A DNA stretch of 64,000 nt. Origin: Myxococcota bacterium (lineage in GTDB: Bacteria > Myxococcota_A > SURF-8). Shown here one piece after another: positions 37,922 to 47,783 of the stretch. Every line of letters starts with the position of its first letter. Within the stretch, counting starts at the first letter, position 1. Position numbers and translations under genes: made by a program. The notes beneath the pieces are model-generated. The model did not search any database, was not told where the DNA came from, and was given only the letters and a program-made list of their open reading frames with translations. The stretch lies in the NCBI GenBank assembly GCA_965140415.1, contig OZ223209.1:3040001-3104000 (forward strand), read 5' to 3'.

Positions 37922-39466
37922 TTACATGCAACCCGGAAAACGTGTCTTCAATTCAGGATGCTTGCATAGATCCACACCGTAAAGGTCTTCGGGAGGTGAA
38001 AATAAATTGTCCGGTTGTTCCCGCCCATCACGCCAAACCACGATGTTTTTCCAGATACTAGCGTTATCCTGTCTGCCTTCATGATGACTCAGATTCCACT
38101 CTTCACCGGTAGGAATATAATACAAATAAATGTCACTCTTTGCAGAGCCTGCGCAAAACTCTGTATCTCCTGATCCTCCGCCTTCGCGCCAATCGCTATA
38201 GACCATCCAATCTTCCCACACATCGTTTACGCGCTTATCCGCTTGATTCCCGTCGAGTAGCACCCTTTGTACATCCGTATTTAAATCATACTCGATAATC
38301 GAGAATCCGCAATGACTTGCACTTAAATCTGATGCTTGACAGCGGTCCGTCCAGTAAAGTTTGTTTTTTCGGAGAACGACTTGATATACGCGATATGAGT
38401 AGGGTAGTTCAGCTATCACACGCTCGTCAAAGCTATCTCCATCTCGGGTTGAGAGAATGATCTTGAAATACGGATCCTGCATAGGAAGCACGTAAACGAT
38501 ACGATTTTCATAGACATCATAGTAATTACCAAGCCCGGTATTTCTGTATTGATCGACTCGTATATCTTGACCGTTTGCATCTAACGTGTACAAATGATAA
38601 TTTTCGCCACCAGGAACCAGACGATCATCAAGCCAGTAGACTTGATTACGAAACGTTTTGGAACGCATTTTGTAGCTGCCAGTTGTAGAAACCGATGTTG
38701 AAGTTATTCTGTCTAAAGTTGTTTTTCTCATTTCACAATATACGTCTTGCCTGTAATCTGGTGCCCCTATCACATAATTCCAATAAACTTGACCATCTCG
38801 TATCGAAGCATAAACCCCAGAGTGGTTATCTCCTAAGCGAACCGTTTTCTCGCTTTCATAGTCAAATAACAACAAAAATATATCTGACGACACTACAGAA
38901 ATCGCACTTCTAAATACAATCCAGTTGTTCCATACATCAGGTCCACCATTTGATATCATTCCACTTGGTCCGATTCGGAATGTTCCCCGGTCATCAATCC
39001 AGGTAAAAGGATAATCGTGAATGCAGGGAGGACCGGTTTGTGTACTACAAGGCAAAAAGCGAGACAGATCTCGTTCCCATTCAACATCTCCATCACATGC
39101 ATCTGAATCGATATCACCGTCAATGGAATCACGATCATGATCACGATCTCCATCTGATGACGAATCCTCATCACCATCGCTGGTAGAATCCGAATCTCCA
39201 CCAATCGAGCGACAATTGGTTTTCTCGAAGACTTCATATCCTTCAGGACATTCACAGGCCGCGTAGCCGTTAACCGCTTTACAGGTTCCGGGAGAGCAGT
39301 CTATGTCCTTACAAGCACTTGGGATGTTATCTACATCGGTTTGTTCGACTTCGCTATCACCATCCTGGATAGAATCGCCATCTACATGATCGTTAGACGA
39401 ATCGGAACAGGAAACAAGCCCCCACAACATAAAAACGATTAACAACCAGTAAGGCTTGAGTTTCAT
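37922..39466 (-). CDS. Lipoprotein: DGD tether, EGF-like module, beta-propeller (TolB-like / Methanosarcina-type VWxDxR repeats)
   Basis: LVS-C; CSPGTC..ACECPEGY; VYSDWR, SDIYLY, IVVWRDGR. Confidence 0.8.
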   Translation of the reverse strand: MKLKPYWLLIVFMLWGLVSCSDSSNDHVDGDSIQDGDSEVEQTDVDNIPSACKDIDCSPGTCKAVNGYAACECPEGYEVFEKTNCRSIGGDSDSTSDGDEDSSSDGDRDHDRDSIDGDIDSDACDGDVEWERDLSRFLPCSTQTGPPCIHDYPFTWIDDRGTFRIGPSGMISNGGPDVWNNWIVFRSAISVVSSDIFLLLFDYESEKTVRLGDNHSGVYASIRDGQVYWNYVIGAPDYRQDVYCEMRKTTLDRITSTSVSTTGSYKMRSKTFRNQVYWLDDRLVPGGENYHLYTLDANGQDIRVDQYRNTGLGNYYDVYENRIVYVLPMQDPYFKIILSTRDGDSFDERVIAELPYSYRVYQVVLRKNKLYWTDRCQASDLSASHCGFSIIEYDLNTDVQRVLLDGNQADKRVNDVWEDWMVYSDWREGGGSGDTEFCAGSAKSDIYLYYIPTGEEWNLSHHEGRQDNASIWKNIVVWRDGREQPDNLFSPPEDLYGVDLCKHPELKTRFPGCM

Positions 39467-39492
39467 GGCTCCATTCTCCCAAACAACTCAAA

Positions 39493-39519
39493 GTCGGACA
39501 AGACATTTGCTCGACCTAC
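39493..39519 (-). repeat. Fourth GTAG-type REP copy
   Basis: GTCGGACAAGACATTTGCTCGACCTAC. Confidence 0.8.
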
Positions 39520-39614
39520 ATATGTTGTATATGCTACAATACTACATCAATTCTGTTTTTTCCGCAAGTGCTCTCGTGCCCATGACGACAAACATGTGAA
39601 GCAGGTCAGGAGCC

Positions 39615-40920
39615 CACAGCTGTCCCGTTAACTATTGAATAATTCCAACTGCTTACCAAAAGGGATATTGGTAGGCAGGGAGGCGTTTGCCTTTAGCACC
39701 TGTAAAATGGGGCTTTCCTCGAAAAGCGTGACGCTTAAAATCTGTAGAATCGTCATCAAACTGTGCTCGAGATTCAGATCCTTTTTCAGAATCGCAACCA
39801 ACAGATAAACCGTAATCGAAATCCACACTTGTGTCTTTACCGCATTGGCGCTGCGACCGTAAAACGCCTTGATTCGCAGATTCTGTTTGATCCATTTGAA
39901 AAACACTTCGATACTCCACCGCAGCCGGTACAAGTCCGGAATCGTTTCCGAAGAAAGATCAAAGTTGTTGGTCAGCCAGACAAATCGGGTGTTCGATTCT
40001 GGATCGATGTAGTTGATTCGCCGCACATGATCCGGATAGCGTCGAATGGAAGCACGGTCCACGAAGCTCACGGTCTGATCGGCGCGCAATCCCAAGCTCT
40101 TGTCGATGGGGTGTGAATAGATTCGCTTTGTGCTGGTGTTCTTGCTGGCTCTAAGAATGAAGAAGGCTCCCGCCCGATGGATGCGATGCATGCGTCCGTA
40201 ATCGACATAACCGCGATCCATGATATAAAATGCGCCCGCTTCCAAAGGCAGAATATCCAGTAAACGCTTGTCATGGCTCTTGCCGTCCGTAATGGAAATA
40301 AAGGCGGGAATCCGTCCGCGAAGGTCCATTTGCGTGTGAAGACGCAATGATCCATTGTATCGCGTGAATTTGGCCCATGGAAAAAGCGACAAACTCAAAT
40401 CAATCGCTGTCGTGTCGAGCGCGTAGGTGGTGGCGTCTAGGTCGACGGCGAGCTTCTCGTCCGCATACAGCGCGCGGGCGCGCCGTATCAGGGGCTGAGC
40501 GAGATCTGCGTAAATGCGCCAGTCGCGTTTTTCATTCGCTCTGGCCAGTGTGTTGCGAGAGACTTTTCCACGCAGACCCATGTGATAAAGTTTCAGCTGA
40601 ATAGCCCGCAAGGTCGCTTCAATATCGCGCAGGCTTTCGCGGTAGGCCAGCTGGGCAAATGCCATGCAAATGAATTGATCCATACAGGAAAAGGTACGAA
40701 TGCGCTTGTTCCCCTGATAGCGATTGACACAACGGCGGAAATGGCGATCCGGCAAATAGTCGAGCACTTGCGAAAAGACAGTCTGTGTCATTTTGATCTC
40801 CTGCATTTCTTGACTATTCGAAATGCAGAAAAACTATCGCGGACACCTGATAATCACAAATTCAATCTGTAATAATAAGTAGTTGTAGCGCTGAACCTGG
40901 AAGTTAGCGGGACAGCTGTG
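39615..40920 (-). mobile_element. IS4-family insertion sequence, 1306 bp
   Basis: 19-bp TIRs CACAGCTGTCCCGTTAACT / AGTTAGCGGGACAGCTGTG (1 mismatch); 10-bp target duplication GTCAGGAGCC (39605-14) / GTCAGGAGAC (40921-30). Confidence 0.92.
39628..40806 (-). CDS. IS4-family transposase (DUF4372-type N-terminus + DDE)
   Basis: ESLRDIE; ALDTT, MDRGY, YRLRWSIEVFFKWIKQ (YREK motif); stop codon inside the TIR. Confidence 0.95.
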   Translation of the reverse strand: MQEIKMTQTVFSQVLDYLPDRHFRRCVNRYQGNKRIRTFSCMDQFICMAFAQLAYRESLRDIEATLRAIQLKLYHMGLRGKVSRNTLARANEKRDWRIYADLAQPLIRRARALYADEKLAVDLDATTYALDTTAIDLSLSLFPWAKFTRYNGSLRLHTQMDLRGRIPAFISITDGKSHDKRLLDILPLEAGAFYIMDRGYVDYGRMHRIHRAGAFFILRASKNTSTKRIYSHPIDKSLGLRADQTVSFVDRASIRRYPDHVRRINYIDPESNTRFVWLTNNFDLSSETIPDLYRLRWSIEVFFKWIKQNLRIKAFYGRSANAVKTQVWISITVYLLVAILKKDLNLEHSLMTILQILSVTLFEESPILQVLKANASLPTNIPFGKQLELFNS

Positions 40921-41106
40921 GTCAGGAGACGCCGCCCCAACGGAAGCAATCGCTCGCAAATAAATTCAACCTCGTCATTGTAAACGAGGATACGGATTTT
41001 ACGCAAAAGTCAAATAACGAAATCTAAAGAGATCCGGGAAAGATCGCCACGGATAAATCGGTTGCCCGAAGTCATGCTTTGGCGTATAGATTGAAGATCA
41101 TGCGTA

Positions 41107-41991
41107 TTGCCAGGTTGTGCGAGAAAGGAGAACTCGATCTTGTCCGATGAATCGAAACCAATCGAGCGGTCCAATGGGGCGGAGGAATTCCCCGATTTTA
41201 CTTTTCGCGCCTATCGCGAGTTGCTCATACGCTTATCTGACCGCTATCACATAAACAACTGCACCCGCGTTCTGAATGCTTTTTACAAGCCTGAGAAGTC
41301 GCAAGCGTCTTCCAAACCGCTTCTTCTGCTACGGCACGATGTGGACTTTCAACCGGAGGCGGCGTTGGCGCTGGCGGAGATCGAGGCAAAGCTGGGCGTG
41401 TCGGCAAGCTATTTCGTAGGCTTCTTCATGTACTACAATGCAGATTGGGAGCCCAACAAGGAAATCTTTCGGCGTCTGATCGGTCTGGGCCATGAAGTCG
41501 GCTTGCATTACGATGTGTCCCAATACGCAAGCGATCCGGAACAACGGGAAGCGATGTTTCGCTTTGAATTGCAGCGGCTTTCCAATCTTATCGGTGAACC
41601 CGTGCGTTGCGCTTCCATGCACATTCCATCGATAAACGGAAACGATCCTTTCGCGGATTCGGCCATCGTCCTGAATCCCTCCGATCCGGCTTTTCTAAAC
41701 GAGGTCGTGTACATCAGCGATTCCACACGCGCCTGGCGCGACGACAATATCGTGAAACTACAACAGGGCAGTCTGGATTCGAAATGGTTCATGATCAACC
41801 TGCATCCGATTCTATGGAGCGAAGTGGAAATGACGGATCGACTGGAGTTTCTGTGTGATACAATCGCTACACGTTACGACCGGGAAGTCAGAGATATCCT
41901 GATCAAAGCACGTCCAAGCTGGCTTGGACATCGGGGCGGACAGACGCACGATAGACGCTGCGGTATCTTCAGGGAGACGGAAGATGAATGA
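41107..41991 (+). CDS. Polysaccharide deacetylase-like protein; start uncertain
   Basis: LLRHDVDF, GHEVGLHYD, YISDS, NLHPILW. Confidence 0.75.
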   Translation: MPGCARKENSILSDESKPIERSNGAEEFPDFTFRAYRELLIRLSDRYHINNCTRVLNAFYKPEKSQASSKPLLLLRHDVDFQPEAALALAEIEAKLGVSASYFVGFFMYYNADWEPNKEIFRRLIGLGHEVGLHYDVSQYASDPEQREAMFRFELQRLSNLIGEPVRCASMHIPSINGNDPFADSAIVLNPSDPAFLNEVVYISDSTRAWRDDNIVKLQQGSLDSKWFMINLHPILWSEVEMTDRLEFLCDTIATRYDREVRDILIKARPSWLGHRGGQTHDRRCGIFRETEDE

Positions 41992-42925
41992 ACGACGCCT
42001 ACAAGTCCTGCTTCAAAACGCCGGGATCGAGAAAGAGATAAAGGGCACTTGCTCTATCGGAGCGTTGCGCCCGGGTTATCTGGCCTATCTGGCGGATTCT
42101 CGCTATGCAAAGGAAATCACACCCAATGCGGACGGCATGATTCTGTGTGCGCCCGACTGCGAACCGGCGGCAAACGCGATTGCAGGAAACCGGGTGATCG
42201 TTCATCCTGCTGCCGCACTTGTCTTTTTTCGCATCCACAACGAATTCTATGCAGAAAGTGCGTCGGTTTCCTATCATGGTCCCTGGATGAAGGAGTATCC
42301 CGAGGCGAAGATCTCGACGCAGGCGGTGATCGGAAAGAACTTTCAACCCGGTGCAGGTGTAACTGTTGCGCCTTTCGCCGTGATCGGAGACGATGTTTCG
42401 CTCGGCAATCGCAGCTTCGTTCATAGCGGCGCCGTGATCGGCGATCGCGTTCGAGTCGGCGCAGACTGCGTGCTGGCGCCGCATTGTGTACTTGGAAACA
42501 CCGGATTCCGCCTGTTTCGCGACGAAGGCGGCGATCCATGGCGACTGGCGCATAAAGCGGCGGTACTGCTGGGAGATTACGTCGAGATCGGCTCCTTTTG
42601 CAGCGTGGACCGGGGCGTGTTTCAGGACACCGTCATCGAGGATTTCGTGAAGATCGACAACCAGGTTCACGTGGGACATAACGCGCGCGTTGGCAAAGGA
42701 TCTTTCCTATGTGCGGGTTCGATTGTCGGTGGATCTAGTATCATCGAGGAAAACGTGTGGCTGGGCTTGAACGTCGCCACGGCGGATCATATCACGGTGG
42801 GGGAGGAAGCTTTCCTCTCCATGGGAGCAATCGTCACGAAAAACGTTCCTGCCAAGGCAAAGGTCTCCGGGAACTTCGCCATCGATCACGAACGCTTCGT
42901 TGCATTCGTCAAATCCATCGCGTAG
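41984..42925 (+). CDS. LpxD-like hexapeptide-repeat acyltransferase
   Basis: Left-handed beta-helix repeats; VDRGVFQDT, KIDNQVHVGHN; overlaps upstream stop. Confidence 0.8.
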   Translation: MNERRLQVLLQNAGIEKEIKGTCSIGALRPGYLAYLADSRYAKEITPNADGMILCAPDCEPAANAIAGNRVIVHPAAALVFFRIHNEFYAESASVSYHGPWMKEYPEAKISTQAVIGKNFQPGAGVTVAPFAVIGDDVSLGNRSFVHSGAVIGDRVRVGADCVLAPHCVLGNTGFRLFRDEGGDPWRLAHKAAVLLGDYVEIGSFCSVDRGVFQDTVIEDFVKIDNQVHVGHNARVGKGSFLCAGSIVGGSSIIEENVWLGLNVATADHITVGEEAFLSMGAIVTKNVPAKAKVSGNFAIDHERFVAFVKSIA

Positions 42926-42986
42926 TTGTTCCTGTGACTGGTTTCAGGAGACAGCCTAGTCCCGCACCATTCTTAGTACTTCCGGC

Positions 42987-44579
42987 TTATTCCGGGTAAG
43001 CTTTTTGCCTGAAATACAGGAAGAGCGTCTGGAAAATCGAAAAGACCGGAACGGCCAGCAGCGCGCCGAACAGGCCATAGGCATATTCTCCGGCGACAAG
43101 AGCAAATACCACCAGTACCGGGTGAATTTTCGCAGACGTTCCAATAATTTTCGGATTCAGCAGATTGGCTTCGATCAGATGAATGATGGTAATCCACAGC
43201 AGCACCAGCACGCCCAGGCTGAAGGATTGCGTCAAGGCGATCCCCACGGAGGGAATGCTTGAAATGATCGTTCCGAAAATGGGAACCAGCGAGAAAACGG
43301 TGGCGATCATCGCCAGGGTGACGGCATACTTGACACCCAGAATCATCAAACCTAAACCGGTCAGAGTGCCGTTAACCAGGCAGATCATGATTTGTCCACG
43401 AATCACGCCGCCCAGGCCTTTGTCGATACCAACTAAAATATCGTCGTATTCCTCTCGATAGTGCGGCGGAATAAGCGAGCGGAAAAAGCTCATGATTCTG
43501 GGGGTATCGATCAGCATGAAAGCGGCAATCATCAAGGTCAGCACCAGCGTCATCAGTGAACCGACGACCCTGGCAACCAGATTGCGCCCGAAACTCACGA
43601 CATCGCCGACATATTTTTCCAGGTTCTGCATGGAATCCGCTAACGATTTTTGAATTTGCAGGCCAATTCCCTGAATGTCCTCCTGGGGAGTGTCGGTGGC
43701 TTTTCCATTCGGATGCATTTTAACTCGGTAGCGATCCTCACCGGTTTTTTCTACATCGATGGTGACGTGCTGAAGCCAATTGACAAATTCATTTGAAGCC
43801 ATGTCCGGCGGAGAACCGGAGCTGTTGGAGGCTTTGTTCTGTGGAACTGTAACCGCGATTTGGGATCCGCTTGGATTCTCTTCCGCTGCTTCTTCATGAG
43901 GGACTTCTGCATCCCCATTTTCTCCGTAACCCTCCAGCGCCTCATCGGAGTCTAGAATTTCAATTTCAAAACCGTTTTCGGATTCCGGTCCCTGCACGAC
44001 CGGCACGATTCCGATTTCGTGGGACTTCTCCGCCTCGGCCATGGGGGCCGTCAAGCGGGAGAGGAAATCCGTAAGTTTTTGATTGAATTGGGGAATCCAG
44101 ACTTGAGTGGTTTTTCGGACCATCCCCGGTGCTTCTTCCGCTATCTTCTGGAATTCACCGTAAAAACGCGGAAGAATGACCACGGAAAACGAGTAGACCG
44201 AAAGAAACATGAAGATATATAGCACGATTACGGCTACCCAGCGCGGCATTCGCACGTTGCGTACTCGTTTCGACGACATCCAGTCGACGATCGGTGCAAG
44301 CACGTAAACCAGCACCACTGCCAGTATAAAGGGGAGAATGACTTCGCGAACGACGATCAGGAAAGAAAAGAAGAAGAGCACGAGCATGGCCAACAAAGCC
44401 CTGCGCCCCCACTTCGAAATAAAGTTTCGGGAGGCACTGGTTGCTTTGGGTTTGCTCGGTTCTTGAACCAATTCGGTTTTTAACGATTCACCACCAGAAT
44501 CCGTTTCCGAATGATCTTCAGAAGTCGTTTCGGTTTCAGGTTCGGCTACGTTCGTTTCTTTCGAGTCGTCAGTACTCAT
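42987..44579 (-). CDS. AI-2E (PerM) family transporter with large hydrophilic insertion
   Basis: PFILAVVLVYVLAPIVD, IRGQ, VPIFG, IEANLLNPKIIG, IHP, GALLAVP. Confidence 0.88.
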   Translation of the reverse strand: MSTDDSKETNVAEPETETTSEDHSETDSGGESLKTELVQEPSKPKATSASRNFISKWGRRALLAMLVLFFFSFLIVVREVILPFILAVVLVYVLAPIVDWMSSKRVRNVRMPRWVAVIVLYIFMFLSVYSFSVVILPRFYGEFQKIAEEAPGMVRKTTQVWIPQFNQKLTDFLSRLTAPMAEAEKSHEIGIVPVVQGPESENGFEIEILDSDEALEGYGENGDAEVPHEEAAEENPSGSQIAVTVPQNKASNSSGSPPDMASNEFVNWLQHVTIDVEKTGEDRYRVKMHPNGKATDTPQEDIQGIGLQIQKSLADSMQNLEKYVGDVVSFGRNLVARVVGSLMTLVLTLMIAAFMLIDTPRIMSFFRSLIPPHYREEYDDILVGIDKGLGGVIRGQIMICLVNGTLTGLGLMILGVKYAVTLAMIATVFSLVPIFGTIISSIPSVGIALTQSFSLGVLVLLWITIIHLIEANLLNPKIIGTSAKIHPVLVVFALVAGEYAYGLFGALLAVPVFSIFQTLFLYFRQKAYPE

Positions 44580-47500
44580 CCCAGGCTCGAATCTCCAGTT
44601 TGTCGTCGTCCAACATGCAGATCGCGCGGATCAACAGTTGAGCCAATTGAAGATTGGTGAAAAGCGGAATACCTAAATCCACGGCGTTTCGACGAATCAG
44701 GTATCCGTCCAGGTTCTCTTCCGTCGAATACTCTTTCGGAATGTTGATTACCAAGTCGATGGTGCCCTGTCGAAGGACTTCTACCACGCTTGGAGATTGC
44801 TTGTCGCGCTCTTTGTACAAGATCTGGACATCGACGCCATGTTCTCTCAAAAAGCTTGCCGTACCTTCCGTAGCGTATACCGGAAGACCCATTTTGACAA
44901 GACCTGGAATGGATTCGATGAACGCCAACTTGTCTTTTTGACGCCCCACCGACACCAGAACGCCTTTTTTAGGAAGTTTCAAGCCGGTGGAAATCAGCGA
45001 TTTCATCAGCGCTTCTTCCACATCATCGCCGAAACAGGCGACTTCACCGGTACTGGCCATTTCCACACCGAGAGTCGGATCGGCTCCAGCCAGGCGCGAG
45101 AAACTGAATTGCGCGGCCTTGACGGCGATATAGTCCAGGTCAATCGAATCGACACTGACAGGTTTGACAACGCCCAGCATGCGCTGAGTGGCCAGTTCAA
45201 TCATGTTCTTTTTCGTCACTTTCGAGACGAAGGGGAACGAGCGCGATGCGCGCAGGTTGCATTCGATTACCTTGACCATGTTTTCACGCGCCAGGAATTG
45301 AATATTGAATGGACCTGTGATATTAAGTGCTTGTGCGATCTTCCTGGAAATCTGTTTAATCTTTCTCAGCGTTCTGAGATAAACTTTCTGTGCCGGCAGC
45401 ATCAAGGTGGCGTCACCGGAATGAACGCCCGCTTTTTCGACGTGCTCGCTTACGGCATAGGCTATCAGCTCGCCATGATCCGCCACCGCGTCGATTTCGA
45501 TTTCTTTGGAATCGACTTCGTACTTACTCATGACAATCGGGTGTTCCGGGCTGACCTCGGTGGCTGCCTCGATATAATTGCGGAGCTGTTCGATGTCGTA
45601 TGCAACGCACATCGCTGCCCCGGAAAGAACGTAAGAGGGGCGCACCAGAATCGGGAAACCGATCTTGCCGCTGACATCCGACAGGTTGTCGAAACGGGAT
45701 ACTTCCGCCCATTTCGGTTGATCGATGCCCAACTCGTCGCAGAGATTGGAAAACTTGTGGCGATCTTCCGCTCGGTCGATGTCTTCGGCGCTGGTTCCCA
45801 AAATGACGACACCATGCTCCGCCAGCCTTGTAGCCAGGTTGTTGGGAGTCTGCCCACCGACGGAAAGAATGATGCCGAGCGGTTTTTCTTTTTCCCATAC
45901 ATCCAGAACGGATTCGAAATTGATTTCATCGAAGTAGAGGCGATCGCAGACATCGTAATCCGTGGAGACGGTTTCCGGGTTGTAGTTGAGCAGAATGGTT
46001 TCGTAGCCCAACTTTCGACAGGTGTTGACCGCTGTTACGCAGCACCAGTCGAATTCCACAGAAGAGCCGATGCGATATGCGCCGGAACCCAGCACCATCA
46101 CTTTTTCACGGTTCGTGGCCTGCACATCGTCCACATCGCCGTTGTAAGTCATGTACAAATAATTGGTCTCGGCAGGGTATTCTGCCGCCAATGTATCGAT
46201 TTGCTTGATGCGAGGCAGAATCTTGCGTTCGATTCTCTTTTCGCGAACGTCAATTTCCGGAATCTTCAGAGCTTGCGCCAATTGTGCGTCGCAAAATCCC
46301 ATTTGCTTGGCATAACGGAGATGCTCGTCCGCCAACGGCCATGACTCTTTTTTGATCTCGGTTTCGGTTCGCACGAGGTTCTCTATTTTGGATAAGAACC
46401 AACAGTCGATACGACACAATTCCGAGATGCTTTCGCGGCTCATGCCTCGACGGAAGCCTTCCGCAATGGCGAAAATGCGCTTGGGTGACGGAGTCTGAAT
46501 TTTCTGCTTCAGGCCGTCATCGTCGAGCTTATCGAAGCCCATCGCTTCGAAGCCGAGGCCGTCTACCCCGATCTGTAGCATACGCAGGGCCTTTTGCAGC
46601 ACTTCTTCAAAGCGGCGGCCAATGGCCATGACTTCGCCCACCGATTTCATTTCGGTGCCGAGTTCGTCCTGTACATGGGAGAACTTGTCCAGATCCCAGC
46701 GCGGAATCTTCATGACGAGATAGTCCAGCGCAGGCTCGAAGAAGGTTGCCGTTCGCCGGGTAATGACATTGGCCAGATCGACGAGCGTGTAGCCCAGGCC
46801 TATCTTGGCGGCTACATAGGCCAACGGATAGCCTGTCGCTTTACTGGCCAGTGCGGAAGAGCGCGACAGCCGGGCGTTGACTTCGATGACCCGGTAATCG
46901 CTGGTATCCGGGCAGAGTGCGTATTGAATATTGCATTCGCCGATGATTCCCAGTTTGCGAATCACTTTGATGGCCAGTTCGCGCAGGTAATGGTATTCAT
47001 GATTGGTCAAGGTCTGGCTGGGAGCCACGACAATCGATTCACCGGTATGGATGCCCAATGGATCGACGTTTTCCATGTTGCAAACGGTGATGCAGTTGTC
47101 GCGTCCGTCCCTTACAACCTCGTATTCGACTTCTTTCCAACCTTCCAGGTATTCTTCGACCAGAACCTGGGGCACATCCGCAAAGGCGCGCGGCAAAACG
47201 ACTTCCAGTTTTTCGTTGTTATGGACAATCGCCGAACCCTTTCCGCCAAGCGAAAAGGCTCCACGCAAGATGACCGGATAGCCGATGGTTTTTACTGCTT
47301 GTCGAACCTGAGTGGCATTGTTACAGGCAATGGATCGGGCCGTTTTTACGTTGATGCTGTTCAACACATCGATGAAGCGGGCGCGGTCCTCGGTGTCCAG
47401 AATCGTTTGCACCGGCGTTCCCAGTACCCGGACCTGGTGTTTTTCCAGTACGCCCGTGCGAAAGAGTTCCACTCCGCAGTTCAGCGCCGTTTGTCCACCA

Positions 47501-47778
47501 AAGGAAAGCAACAGACCGTCCACTTTTTCCTTTTCGATGACTTTTTCAACGAACACGGGATTGACCGGAAGAAAATACGTTCGATCCGCCATGTTTTCAG
47601 AGGTTTGAATGGTCGCGATATTCGGGTTGACGAGCACCGTATGGATGCCTTCTTCGCGCAGAGCCTTGATTGCCTGGGAGCCGGAATAATCGAATTCTCC
47701 GGCCTCTCCGATTTTCAACGCACCGGAACCGAGAATCAACACCTTCTTGGGTTTATGCGGGAGATAATTTCCAAACAT
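44569..47778 (-). CDS. carB: Carbamoyl-phosphate synthase large subunit
   Basis: GEAGEFDYSG, two ATP-grasp domains, GSSVEFDW, C-terminal MGS domain. Confidence 0.98.
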   Translation of the reverse strand: MFGNYLPHKPKKVLILGSGALKIGEAGEFDYSGSQAIKALREEGIHTVLVNPNIATIQTSENMADRTYFLPVNPVFVEKVIEKEKVDGLLLSFGGQTALNCGVELFRTGVLEKHQVRVLGTPVQTILDTEDRARFIDVLNSINVKTARSIACNNATQVRQAVKTIGYPVILRGAFSLGGKGSAIVHNNEKLEVVLPRAFADVPQVLVEEYLEGWKEVEYEVVRDGRDNCITVCNMENVDPLGIHTGESIVVAPSQTLTNHEYHYLRELAIKVIRKLGIIGECNIQYALCPDTSDYRVIEVNARLSRSSALASKATGYPLAYVAAKIGLGYTLVDLANVITRRTATFFEPALDYLVMKIPRWDLDKFSHVQDELGTEMKSVGEVMAIGRRFEEVLQKALRMLQIGVDGLGFEAMGFDKLDDDGLKQKIQTPSPKRIFAIAEGFRRGMSRESISELCRIDCWFLSKIENLVRTETEIKKESWPLADEHLRYAKQMGFCDAQLAQALKIPEIDVREKRIERKILPRIKQIDTLAAEYPAETNYLYMTYNGDVDDVQATNREKVMVLGSGAYRIGSSVEFDWCCVTAVNTCRKLGYETILLNYNPETVSTDYDVCDRLYFDEINFESVLDVWEKEKPLGIILSVGGQTPNNLATRLAEHGVVILGTSAEDIDRAEDRHKFSNLCDELGIDQPKWAEVSRFDNLSDVSGKIGFPILVRPSYVLSGAAMCVAYDIEQLRNYIEAATEVSPEHPIVMSKYEVDSKEIEIDAVADHGELIAYAVSEHVEKAGVHSGDATLMLPAQKVYLRTLRKIKQISRKIAQALNITGPFNIQFLARENMVKVIECNLRASRSFPFVSKVTKKNMIELATQRMLGVVKPVSVDSIDLDYIAVKAAQFSFSRLAGADPTLGVEMASTGEVACFGDDVEEALMKSLISTGLKLPKKGVLVSVGRQKDKLAFIESIPGLVKMGLPVYATEGTASFLREHGVDVQILYKERDKQSPSVVEVLRQGTIDLVINIPKEYSTEENLDGYLIRRNAVDLGIPLFTNLQLAQLLIRAICMLDDDKLEIRAWDEY

Positions 47779-47783
47779 TTCGA

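Noticed and set aside
41080-41094. sigma54-like TGGCGTATAGATTGA
   Set aside because: The -12 element is GA instead of GC; too weak
41984-42925. Naming this gene lpxD
   Set aside because: Outside a lipid A operon and paired with a deacetylase; probably a paralog
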